Source: Octopus vulgaris
Taxonomy: Eukaryota
NCBI GenBank assembly: GCA_951406725.2
Contig: OX597823.1
Span: forward strand, 96,224,001 to 96,288,000
Reading direction: 5' to 3'
DNA: 64,000 nucleotides
The notes below the pieces were generated by a model, which was not told the DNA's origin, did not search any database, and saw only the letters and a list, made by a program, of their open reading frames with translations. Below are positions 1 to 11,439 of the stretch, one piece after another (the stretch's first letter is position 1; each line of letters opens with the position of its first letter). Both the position numbers and the translations under genes were made by a program.

Positions 1-574
1 CATAGAAGTATAATAAGAGCGTTTAAAAGGTAAAGGTAATGGGGAAATGAGACTGGGAGGGCTCAGAAACAAATGGGTAGATCGAGGTCAGTGAGAGAGG
101 AAGTAAATTGGATCGGACCTAGATTGGAGGCTATTATAGACCGCTGTTTGATGTCCTTAAAGTGTTTAAAGATATTCACTGTCAGATCTCCTTAAAATTT
201 CAAATAGATCCATGTAGCAAGGTTTGCATCCGTATTTACTGTTTAAGTACGGTCAGCCTGCCACAAATAGGGATAACAGCTGTATGCCACAACTACAAAT
301 AGTAGCAGCTGTATGGATTCCTTTAGCTTAAGCCCACACAACACTCCTTCTTATAATACTCTCTCCACTAGCCGTAACAACAGCGCACCTATTCCTATTT
401 ACGTTACCGATATGCTATACGCACAGAACTCTAACACCTGTGCTAGTGATCGTTTCTTTATTCCACCCACCCTCGACCTTCTAGTGTCACTATCTGAAAG
501 CCAAATCGCTTAGGTCAACGCCCAGTAGCAACACTCTCCAACACAGAACTCGGTAACTAATTTTAATCATGATA

Positions 575-714
575 TTAGGTTGTCCCAAAAGTTCGTAAAC
601 ACTTGCGAAAATTGAATTTTTACTCGCCAAGTACTAACAAAAACAACAAAATTATTCCTCAAAATAAAGACCATTATTTTCCAAGACTTTCTACGAACTT
701 TAGGGACAACCTTA
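575..714. mobile_element. Tc1/mariner-type MITE (~140 bp)
   Basis: 23-bp TIRs ttaggttgtcccaaaagttcgta and tacgaactttagggacaacctta (2 mismatches), with TA on both sides (573-574, 715-716). Confidence 0.8.
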
Positions 715-723
715 TAGTATCGA

Positions 724-1140
724 TCATAGTAATATAAACTCAAGGTGTTGTACTGAATGACCGGTAGAGCGGAAATGGCGCGAGACCGGGGTGTCGTTGC
801 CGAGTCTAATGTCTCGGAGGTGCTCCGCGAACCGGTCAGCCAAGTGGCGTCCCGTTTGACCGATGTAAAGAGAAGGACAGAAAGAGCAGGAGATGAGTAC
901 ATGACGTTGCCAGAAGTGCATGTAAAGGAGTCAGTGATATGATAGGGACGATGATGAGTGCCTGTGAGGATGATGGGGTTGGAGAGGTAGGGGCAAGTGC
1001 GGAGGCTTGGGCGGAGGTTCCCGATAGATTCAGGAACTTGGAAAGGTATGCACCATGTAGGGTTGGGTAATGTGTGTGGTTTTGGTCTATGGTTGGTTAG
1101 AGTCGAAATATCAGATAGGATATTTCGGGTGTGTAAACAG
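724..1140 (-). mobile_element. Penelope-like element GIY-YIG endonuclease remnant (frameshifted)
   Basis: Minus-strand translation HITDSFTCTSGNVMY / ISCSFCPSLYIGQTGRHLADRFAEHLRDIR..PVSRHF is typical of the PLE GIY-YIG domain. Confidence 0.8.
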
Positions 1141-1534
1141 AGAAAACAGAGAAAACCAACACTCTACCACACCACACAACACACCACATCCCACCACTCC
1201 GCAACACTAGTACTGACCACTTCCCAGCTCCCACACCCCAACACACACCACCACACACCATCATACCACATCATATCACACCACCCCGCACACTAGTATT
1301 ACCACTTCCCAACATCCACACTGTTATCCACACACCCACACTTTACAGACGCACACACTTACACACGCACACGTCCACACGTCAAGGTCACCATCCCCTA
1401 TCCACACGCACACACACACACACACTCTCGCATAGTTTTGGGATCGCCAATACTTTATTATCTCCCCCTTTTCATAGTTTTTCTGTCTAACCACCTCTGT
1501 CCAACCAGCCACCATCATTGACCGCGAGCCCCTA

Positions 1535-1700
1535 AAGCCTTTTTATTCTCTCTCTGTTTATTTCCTCGTGTTCCATTCTGTTGAAGAGCGTAGGCTCGAA
1601 ACATAAAAGACTTTCTCACCTTCCCGAGCGTTAAACTAACGCACCTGTTTGTTGTTTATACATCTGTCGTCGTCTTTTGATCTTCTGTAAATTCCAGCTA
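1535..1700 (+). mobile_element. Penelope-type pseudo-LTR fragment with hammerhead-like motif
   Basis: Contains ttgaagagcgtaggctcgaaac. A reverse-complement copy of the same family lies at ~34320-34490. Confidence 0.5.
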
Positions 1701-1933
1701 TATATATATATATATGTGTGTGTGGGTGCGTGTGTGCGTGTGTGAGAGAGAGAGAGAGAGAGAAGAATTTTCTAAACGAAAATTATTCATGAGGAATACC
1801 TCAAAAGGAGGAAAGCCTTAATGAATAGTTTTTTATGTAAATTCTACCTCCTTTTTTAATACATACATACATACATAAATACATACATGATGATGATGAT
1901 GATGATGACGATGATGATGATATATACAAATAT

Positions 1934-2112
1934 AAAATTATAATTTAGGGTAACCAAGAGATACCTCCACGCTGGAAATTGCACTCAAAACTTGACTCTA
2001 AAACCATATTAAATGTTCACATTAAATGAACATTTAATGTGGTTTTAGAGTCAAGTTTTGACTGCTATTTCCAGCGTGGAGGTATCTCTTGCATACCCTA
2101 AATTATAATTTT
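1934..2112. repeat. Fold-back palindrome, ~88-bp arms
   Basis: aaaattataatttagggtaaccaagagatacctccacgctggaaat...aaatgttc is mirrored by gaacattt...atttccagcgtggaggtatctcttgcataccctaaattataatttt. Confidence 0.9.
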
Positions 2113-2230
2113 TAATAATTAGCTTTGAAACGTTTTTATTCCCATGTTGGCCACCTGATACGATCGGTATTTAAATATCGATCTTATTCTTATTTATATA
2201 AATTTATATATATATATATATATACACACA

Positions 2231-2769
<539 letters not shown>

Positions 2770-2793
2770 ATATGTCACACACACACACACACG

Positions 2794-2892
<99 letters not shown>

Positions 2893-4111
2893 GACAAGCT
2901 TCTGTTAATTTCCACCAATCAAATCCACTCACAAGGCTTCGGTAGGCTAAGGTGTATTTTAAAAAGATTTTCACAAAGTGTCAATGAGTGATACTGAATT
3001 CGAATCCATGTGGTTGGGATGAAAACTTAACCACATCTACACCGACAGATAAATAACTAGATAAACAAATAGATAGATCGAGCAATCAATTAAGGAACAG
3101 ACAAGCAAACAAATTTGAATCCATTACACGATGTTTTTAATCTTCTGATCGATTTTAATTTTCATTTCTAATTACACAGACGACCCAACACATAAAACGA
3201 TAACGAAATAATGCATCGAATTTAAGAGCTTTTTATTTTATAATTGAACCCAACGAAGGATTAATAAATCTAGCATCGTTCACCTAATTGCTTTAAATGT
3301 CTTCACACTAATAAACCCCTTTTGCACTATTGACCATCCCATAATATTCAGACAACCAACACCTGCCTAATGGGTTTCTGCAGAATGCAAAGATGCTTGC
3401 TGCTATTATTTTCACAAAGTTGTATATTCCTAGGAATTTATCATATACTTTTGCACATTTGAAGTTTCTCCAAATAATAACATTTTAATAAGAGAAGTTG
3501 TTCAGTGTGAGAAAATTAAATTATCAGAAGGCATTTTTGGGGGTGGTTAACATAACAGAGGTTTATTTAAAATGAGGATAACACTGTATCAAATAAACAA
3601 AGATAATTATGATCCTCCCTTGTGTATAAGGGTGTGTGCGACAATAGAAATAACGATCAGCTGGAGTGATGCTGGCAGAGAAAAGCGTTTGCGAACTTAA
3701 TGAGCAGTAAATATCCATGCGTTGTGTGAAAGAGAAAATGTAATAAGTTGTTTCCAAGTGAGTGTATAAGTAAGCAATCAGCGTGTCGTTTCGTGTGACC
3801 GAAGTCACTGGACAGTTGATGATCGCTTAACTTTTCAGCTTCTAGGTAGCTATTGAATGTTTTTTTAAGTTTCCGTGCCCTTCAGCTGGGCAGAGGTCGT
3901 CATGTATATTGCTCCACCACTAGCTTTTAAAGGGCAGAGGAACGCAGTACCAGTGTATTGTTATGCGGGGCGAAATAGTTCGACTGCCCTGCTACACCAT
4001 AAGTGATATGTAGGGCATTGTATTATATTCTTATTTTATTTCCGTTTTATTACATTTTATTGTACTTTTTTCAGTGAACTTCTTTAATATCGTGTTATTC
4101 TTTAATTCTTT

Positions 4112-4229
4112 AATAAAATAATATTGCAAAATCAGGGTTTCTTTTGGGTCAACAACCGAGCTCTTAAATGTTGTTATTTTTTCTAGTGCATAAGTACTTA
4201 ACCAATGTGTGTATGTGTGAATATATGCC

Positions 4230-4278
<49 letters not shown>

Positions 4279-4338
4279 ACACACACATGAATTGCAAAAA
4301 AACCACATGTAAACACGATATTTTTGTTAACTGAGAAG
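4112..4338. repeat. Left arm of an inverted duplication (right arm 4393-4601 plus 8379-8408, split by the LTR element)
   Basis: aataaaataatattgcaaaatcagggtttcttttgggtcaacaaccgagctc.. is the reverse complement of ..gagctcggttgttgacccaaaa|gaaaccctaattttgcaatattattttatt. Confidence 0.8.
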
Positions 4339-4453
4339 TGTATTTGAAAAAGAATAATGCATGAAAAGAAGAAAAGATAGCGAAAAAGATAATTTCTCAG
4401 TTAACAAAAATATCGTGTTTACATGTGTTTTTTTTTGCAATTCATGTGTGTGT

Positions 4454-4535
<82 letters not shown>

Positions 4536-4601
4536 GTGTGTGTGTGTACTTATACACTAGAAAAAATAACAAAATTTAAGAGCTCGGTTGTTGACCCAAA
4601 A

Positions 4602-5161
4602 TGTTACACATTCACGTCTATGTGTTTACATATGCCAAACTACATCCCCACTCTTGGCACTATTTTGTTAGTGAACAGTACATCTGTGTGTAAAGTATAT
4701 AATGTATTAGTACGCTGGTGAGGCCGCGTGGCTTAGTGGTTAGGGCATTCGGCTCATGATCGTAAGGTTGTGAGTTCGATTCCCGGCGACGCGTTGTGTC
4801 CTTGAGCAAGACACTTTATTTCACGTTGCTCCAGTCCACTCAGCTGGCAAAAATGAGTTGTACTTGTATTTCAAAGGGTCAGCCTTGTCACTCTCTGTGT
4901 CACGCTGATTATCCCCGAGAACTACGTTAAGGGTACACGTGTCTGTGGAATGCTCAGCCATTTGCACGTTAATTTCACGAGCAAGCTGTTCCGTTGATAG
5001 TATCAGCTGGGACCCTCGTCGTCGTAACCGGCGGAGTAAGAGAGAGAGATTACTACGCTGAATGTCGAGTCCGTGTAACATGAGAAGTAAATAAACCCGT
5101 AACAATAACAATGGTTTTCATTTGGTTGTCTATCCCATTAGAACCCAAACTACACATAACA
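4602..5161 (+). repeat. 5' LTR (217 bp plus SINE insertion)
   Basis: Matches the 3' LTR after removing 4718-5060, with about 7 substitutions counted by eye. Confidence 0.95.
4718..5048 (+). mobile_element. tRNA-derived SINE inserted in the 5' LTR
   Basis: A box tggcttagtgg, B box gttcgattccc, (AG)n tail, and 12-bp TSD atta(g/c)tacgctg at 4706-4717 and 5049-5060. Absent from the 3' LTR. Confidence 0.9.
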
Positions 5162-5174
5162 TGGTGGCAGCGGT
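5162..5174 (+). promoter_or_regulatory. Primer-binding site complementary to tRNA-Leu 3' end
   Basis: tggtggcagcggt is the reverse complement of ACCGCTGCCA+CCA (3' end of eukaryotic tRNA-Leu AAG/TAG) and sits immediately after the LTR. Confidence 0.85.
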
Positions 5175-5284
5175 AAATAATTAATCGGGAACTGTGCCTT
5201 TACAACGATACAGAAACACAACGAACGAGGAATTAACAAACATAACATCGCTTCGCCTTAGAACAACAAACACGACGATCCAAG

Positions 5285-7969
5285 ATGGTGACCCCCGCCG
5301 CCGTACAGATGAATCTACGTCCGATTATGAACTGGGATTCTAGTGATGTCGTTGAAGCATTTAAAAAATTCAAACAAAAAACTCAACTAGCTTTCAAAAG
5401 TTTCCTGAAAGGCACAACTGACGATGAAAAGGTAAGCTATATCCTTTTATGGTCAGGTAATAAAGGAATAGACCTATTCAATAGCTGGGATATGTCAGAA
5501 TCGGACTGCAATAACCCAGACACACTTCTTGAGAAATTTGAAAGGCACCTAGAGCCCAGGTCGAACCATAGAATTCACAGATACGAATTCCAGGGCCTGA
5601 AACAAGACCCACAAGAAACAATTGACAATTTCCTGTCAAGACTGAAAAATGTTGCAGAGAAATGCAAATTCAAAGACAGGGAGGAGAGAATTGTAGACCA
5701 ATTAATATGGGTGTGTGCCCACAAAGAAGTACAAAAATCACTAATAGGTAAGGACGCTCTCCAGTTGGTAGAGGCAGTAGACACTGCAAGAGCATTCGAA
5801 GCCACTACCAAACAAATGGCCTCACTTAGCTTACAAACAAGCTCACTAGATAGCAGTGTAGATATTGTATCTAGGCACAGGACACATACCCACAAACAAA
5901 GAACATGCCAGTACTGTGGTACAGAGCATGAATTTAATAACCGAAAAAAATGTCCTGCATTCGGTACACACTGCAAAGCATATGGAAAACTTAACCACTG
6001 GGAAAAAATGTGTAGGTTAACAAAATCCCAGAAATACAAGCCCCAATTTTCAAAGAGGAGCAGAAATAGAAGAGATATACATGCACAACAACAGGAACAA
6101 AGCACCTCAGAGGAGGAATTCTTGGCAGTCGGCATAATAAATGTGCATGAGATGGGAAAGGACGACCGGAAGAAAGAAGATGAGGCATACACGACAATAA
6201 AAATACAGAAGAAGTCTGGCAGGAAACGAACAAACATAGACTTAAGGCTAAAGATTGACACTGGGGCCCAGAGTGATATCTTGCCTGTCAGCTTATACAA
6301 GAAGATGTTCCCAGAAAATATGACAGAAGAGGATAGGGTCAGGAAAGGAATCCTCACACCAAGTGATGTAATCCTCACTGCGTATGGAGGAACCAGGATT
6401 CCACAACTGGGTAAAACAACTATCACAGGGACACACAAAGGAAAAATAATTAAGTGTTCTTTTTATGTCACAAGAACAGAAGGGCCAGCAATTCTTGGAC
6501 TCAATACCTGCAAAAAGCTAAACATTGTATCAATCAATGCTGAAGTGAAAGCAGCTCCAAGCAGGATTGGCAGTGATATGCCTATCAAAGACCGACCACC
6601 AATCACAAACAAACAGGAGATGGAAGGACTAAGCATAAAGGTCCACCACATTGTAAATGTGACAACCACAAAGATAGCGGAAATCAAAGAAGAGACCAGC
6701 AAAGATGAAGAACTTCAGCTCCTTACTCAGATGGTGATTCAGGGGTTGCCAGAAAAGAGACATCAGGTGCAACCCCTGATTCGTGAATATTGGGCCATCC
6801 ATGATGATATATCAGTGGAGAATGGAATCCTGATGGCTGGATCCCGAATAATTATACCCAAGTCAATGCAAGAAGAGATTCTTGACAAGATCCACCAAGG
6901 GCATCTAGGGATGGAAAAGTGCAAGCTCCGAGCCAAGTCAGCAGTATATTGGGTAGGCATGTACAAAGACATAGAAAAGATAGTTTCTACATGCCACATC
7001 TGTCAAAAGTACAGAAACTCACTACAAAAGGAGGAAATGATATCTAGTGACATCCCAAGAAGGCCATGGCAAACTATTGGAGTAGATCTGTTCACAGAGG
7101 GCCAAGAATGGTATTTGATAATGGCCTGCTACTACTCCAAATTTCCATTTGTGAGAAAAGTGAAAGACCTGACAGCCAAAACAATCACTGCAATGGCTCG
7201 AGGACTTCTAGCAGAGCAAGGAATACCAGAGCAGATCATATGTGACAATGGAACCCAGTTCACATCACAAGAATTCAAAAAGCTAGCCGATGAGTATGGG
7301 TTCAATATTACAACTTCATCTCCACACTACCCCAAAGGCCATGGGTTTATAGAAAGACAGGTGCAGACAGTGAAGAGAACACTAGTCAAATGCCGAGAGA
7401 CTAAGGAAGATCCACACCTGGCACTTCTGTCCCTACGAGCGACACCACTGAGAGCTGATATGAGATCCCCAGCAGAATTGCTGAATGGCATGAAGTACAA
7501 AACTACCCTGCCAACTAAGATCCAACCTCCTATTGACCAGGAAGAGACAAGGGCAAAGCTAGCAGCCACTCAAGAACAATCACAGAGGTATTACAACAAA
7601 CATGCACAATATTTACCTGAGATACTTGGAGGACAACATGTGCATACTCAAGATCCCATTACTAAAATATGGATCCCAGCACAGGTTGTCAGTAGAGCTG
7701 AAACTCCAAGATCATATATAATGGAAACGGAATCTGGTAGGCAGCTGAGACGCAACAGGGCCCACATCCGCCCAACACCAGAGCTGTCGAGGACAACGTG
7801 TACAACACCTGCTGCATTAGTGACAACACCCACAGAACCATCACCCCAACGTGCACAAACCACCTATCAGCAGCCCAACAACACACCTCAGACACCGGTG
7901 CGAAGCACAAGATCCACCAGATCCACCAGATGGAGAAAGAACATTCTGCCACCGGTTCGATACCGTTAA
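5285..7969 (+). CDS. Gag-protease-integrase polyprotein (894 aa) without RT/RNase H
   Basis: Gag with Zn knuckles (CQYC..H..C, CKAYGKLNHWEKMC), protease IDTGA, and integrase H-H-C-C plus D,D(35)E core (GVDLF, CDNGTQF, GFIER). No YxDD/RT or RNase H motifs. Confidence 0.9.
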   Translation: MVTPAAVQMNLRPIMNWDSSDVVEAFKKFKQKTQLAFKSFLKGTTDDEKVSYILLWSGNKGIDLFNSWDMSESDCNNPDTLLEKFERHLEPRSNHRIHRYEFQGLKQDPQETIDNFLSRLKNVAEKCKFKDREERIVDQLIWVCAHKEVQKSLIGKDALQLVEAVDTARAFEATTKQMASLSLQTSSLDSSVDIVSRHRTHTHKQRTCQYCGTEHEFNNRKKCPAFGTHCKAYGKLNHWEKMCRLTKSQKYKPQFSKRSRNRRDIHAQQQEQSTSEEEFLAVGIINVHEMGKDDRKKEDEAYTTIKIQKKSGRKRTNIDLRLKIDTGAQSDILPVSLYKKMFPENMTEEDRVRKGILTPSDVILTAYGGTRIPQLGKTTITGTHKGKIIKCSFYVTRTEGPAILGLNTCKKLNIVSINAEVKAAPSRIGSDMPIKDRPPITNKQEMEGLSIKVHHIVNVTTTKIAEIKEETSKDEELQLLTQMVIQGLPEKRHQVQPLIREYWAIHDDISVENGILMAGSRIIIPKSMQEEILDKIHQGHLGMEKCKLRAKSAVYWVGMYKDIEKIVSTCHICQKYRNSLQKEEMISSDIPRRPWQTIGVDLFTEGQEWYLIMACYYSKFPFVRKVKDLTAKTITAMARGLLAEQGIPEQIICDNGTQFTSQEFKKLADEYGFNITTSSPHYPKGHGFIERQVQTVKRTLVKCRETKEDPHLALLSLRATPLRADMRSPAELLNGMKYKTTLPTKIQPPIDQEETRAKLAATQEQSQRYYNKHAQYLPEILGGQHVHTQDPITKIWIPAQVVSRAETPRSYIMETESGRQLRRNRAHIRPTPELSRTTCTTPAALVTTPTEPSPQRAQTTYQQPNNTPQTPVRSTRSTRSTRWRKNILPPVRYR

Positions 7970-8144
7970 AGAAAAAAAAAGGGAAAATGAAAAGAGAAGT
8001 AACTAATACAGCTAGACTACAAAGCAGAGGCAGAATAATCTCACGATTTCTGCTGTAGGATTGCCACCTCAGGCTGACAATCCATAGAATAAGGGAGACT
8101 ACTTATATTGTCTTCACTGCCAAAAGACCCCTTTATTTTTTTTC

Positions 8145-8156
8145 AAGAAGAAGGGA
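8145..8156 (+). promoter_or_regulatory. Polypurine tract
   Basis: aagaagaaggga directly before the 3' LTR. Confidence 0.85.
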
Positions 8157-8373
8157 TGTTACACATTCATATCTATGTGTTTACGTATGCCAAACTACAT
8201 CCCCACTCTTGGCACTATTTTGTTAGTGAACAGTACAACTGTGTGTAAAGTATATAGTGTATTACTACGCTGAATGTCGAGTCCGTGTAACATGAGAAGT
8301 AAATAAACACGTAACAATAACAATGGTTTTCATTTGGTTGTCTATCCCATTAGAACACAAACTACACATAACA
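8157..8373 (+). repeat. 3' LTR (217 bp)
   Basis: TGTT..AACA, internal AATAAA, followed by TSD CAAAA. Confidence 0.95.
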
Positions 8374-8378
8374 CAAAA

Positions 8379-9227
8379 GAAACCCTAATTTTGCAATATT
8401 ATTTTATTCACATAGTTTTGCATATTTATACTTTTATCGCCTTCAAAGTATTCTCCATTTGTGTTCTCCGCTATTCGAAGCTGTGCTAGAATTCTTGCGA
8501 AGTGATGCCTTTTAACGCCTCCATCGTTTTTTCCTTCACCTCTTCCACGTCTGCAAATTCCGTAGTATCAGCTTTTATCACCAGTGATGACCTCCGAAAG
8601 ACGGTTCGGATCAACTTCCAGCTGTTCTTTCAGTTCACAAAACACATTCAGTCTTTTAATCTTGCGTGAGCAAGTGAGGCACAAATTTTGCTGCAACCCT
8701 TTTCATTCGCAATTCCTCGCTCAAAATTCGTTTACAGGAGCTCCAGAACACATCGGTCATATCAACAAGTTCGTCAAATTGATTGGTGACGGTCCTCCAA
8801 GATCAGTTCATGAATTTTCATGATGTTTGCATTCGTTCGGTAGGTCTACGGTCGCCCTGAACGAGGTTGGTTTTCAAGCGTCAAGTAACCATTCCCCAAA
8901 GCACAGAAACCACTCGAAAACTTGTGATATGCTCGTAGCAGCGTCCTTGTAAGTTGTTTGAAGCAAGAGAACAACTGCTTCAGCGGCCGTTTTCCCCATC
9001 AGAACCACGCTGTTCCTACGTTTCAGCCATCGCAAAAGTCAACGAACAGAGGAGAAGCACTGCAAAGCAAAGACACACCGCGTGAGAGTACGAGGCCAGT
9101 CGACGACGCCGGTCGGCATACTGATGCCTGAGGGCGACATCGAGTGGCTTCTAGTGGTGGAAGCCTGAACTACAACGGGCCCATCCCACAGAGGACGTTT
9201 CTGGTTATTTTTGAATGTCCCCTCGTA
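8379..9227 (-). mobile_element. Decayed mariner-type DNA transposon
   Basis: Ends in ..gaatgtcccctcgTA, carries degenerate transposase fragments, and matches the opposite-strand copy at 28765-29307. Confidence 0.7.
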
Positions 9228-9437
9228 TTTATTATTCCAATGTAATACTAGTAGTATATTAGGATGAATGGAAAAGAAAAGATCTCATTGATATTTCCAA
9301 ATTTTCATTTTGTTTACGGTTGTTCCTGTGATTCACACAAAGACATTGTCAACCATTTAATTGTTAATTATATTTATTAAATTCATTTACTCGAATGTGA
9401 TGTGGAAGTCATTTCATCAGAAACATTTTTAAATACT

Positions 9438-9625
9438 GATTTCAAATTTTGACACAAAGCTAACAATTTAGGAGGAGGGGATAAGGCAATTACATTGACC
9501 CCAGTGTTAAACTGGTACATGTTTTATCGACCCTGAAAGGATGAAAGGATAAGTCGACCCAGCAGCATTTGAATCTAGAAATCCTGCTAAGTATTTTGCT
9601 CATCACAGTAACGATTCCGCCAGCT
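9438..9625 (-). mobile_element. Second SINE family, diverged copy
   Basis: Shares atcgacccc-gaaaggatgaaagg..aagtcgacc with copies at 13736, 17800, 44470 and 49340. Confidence 0.7.
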
Positions 9626-10346
9626 CATCTTCTTAACGCTCTCAAATATTTGAACCAAATTCCCTTTACTGCTTTAAATATAATATACAAAATGAACATC
9701 TCAAGAAAATAGGTGTAGTAAAAGAAGTATGTTTTTAGGTTTAGATGTTTAATAGTTTCAGTCATTGGACTGCGGCCATGCTGGCGCACCACCATGAAGG
9801 GTTTTAGCTGAACAAATCGATTATTTTTATATGTTGGTCTCTTTTGCCAAACTGCTAAGTAATGGGGAGGTAAACAAACCAAACCAAATTGTCAAATGGT
9901 AGCAGGAGGGCAAATACACCCACACCCACATTCGATGCAATCGATAAATGAACCTCATAGGATCAACATGCAAAGGAAACTCTTCATCAGAGGGCTGGAA
10001 AAGAACACAACTGTCTGACGGAAGTATTTGCTTTGCGTGCTGGTTCTGTTAGGTTCATCTCAGACGAAAAATGAAATCAAGACATTGGACAGATAATAGA
10101 AAGCGTAAGCAAAATCATTCATTCATTCCCTGTCGTTGTCGGGCAATTTTCCTAATAGAATACTTTCAGATTTCATTGTTCCACGTCAAATCATGTCTTC
10201 TCCGACAGACAGACCTCCTTTATAATGTATTAATAAACCAAAATTTTGTTTAAATATGTTGTGATACAATTATATATTTAGACACGTTCATATATGATAA
10301 TTACAGAATGCAACCGTATGTCGCTTTAAAAAAATACTAATAAAAT

Positions 10347-10850
10347 TGTAAACGACCGTGCGAAGAAGAGGTGATGAGAGTGGCTCCTTTAGTACACCAC
10401 ACGGTCGATTATAATAAATACGAAAAGGATGAATGAGTACAGGTGCCAGAAGGAAAAGAGAGACACAACCGAATAGAATGTTTAAGAGAAAGATTTTATT
10501 TAGGTGATAACGTGTGTGTATGCGTCATATATACATGATAACAGACAGGTCGTCATGAGAACAAAGTGTGTGTACAAACATGGACGTATGCGTGTGCGAT
10601 AAGTACAAAGCATTGAAAGAGTCTATAAAATGACGTTAGAAGAATGTTCAGACACAAGGATGATAAATACCAGTTCGTAGTCAAGGTACACGATAGTCAA
10701 AATGCTGTAACAAGAAGTTGAGGCGAAGAAGCAGAGCCTGTGCGGTACGTGTCGTACAAGAAGTTGTGGCTACGATGCTGCTGTCGGTCACTTGGTACAA
10801 GGATTTCTCGCAGGTTGTATTTGCTGTTGACCATTGTGAAGTGATTCACA
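10347..10850 (-). mobile_element. Possible solo LTR
   Basis: TGT..ACA ends, imperfect 5-bp TSD aaaat/aacat, and a minus-strand AATAAA. No second copy to confirm. Confidence 0.3.
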
Positions 10851-10909
10851 AACATGTATATGTACAAAAAACATGTATACAATAGGTGTACGTGTGTGTG
10901 TGTGTGTGT

Positions 10910-10966
<57 letters not shown>

Positions 10967-11439
10967 GCCCGTATATCGACAAAACACTTTTATCCTCGAT
11001 GGAAAAGAAAAACAAATGTCTTAACGAAAGCTTACTCGTCGCTGGAAGGGGACTTAGCTCATGTTTGTAATCAATGGTGGATTTCTCCGCCGTGAAAATT
11101 GTTAAGTTATGGTTGAAAATTTATTTTTACCGCTATTCGCTGGTGCCTCGGGGAGAAATAATTTGACTAAGATACAGCTAGGATCGTGACGAATGGCCTC
11201 CTAAAATTGGAGCGACATGCCTGCTAATTTGTTACGTGCATAAACTACATTCACGTACACACACACACACACACACACACATCCTGCCTTTTATATATAC
11301 ACAGATATATATTATTTACATTTAATCTTAATTATATTTTTAAATCACGTCTTGCTTTCTTTTTGCTTTTTTTCGTATGTATGAATGAGCTACTCCGCGT
11401 TTGACACTAGAGTGATATTTGATTATTTTATAAAGTGTT

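Larger units (their letters stand above)
4602..8373 (+). mobile_element. Ty3/Gypsy (Mag/K02A2.6-like) LTR retrotransposon, structurally complete but lacking RT/RNase H
   Basis: TGTT..AACA LTRs, 5-bp TSD CAAAA (4597-4601, 8374-8378), PBS, PPT, and a gag-PR-IN ORF. Confidence 0.95.

Noticed and set aside
4718-4790. tRNA-like sequence with A and B boxes
   Set aside because: It is a SINE head continuing into a SINE body and flanked by a TSD, not a tRNA gene
5575-6438. 287-aa antisense ORF in the Gypsy element
   Set aside because: Shadow ORF opposite gag-PR with no motif support
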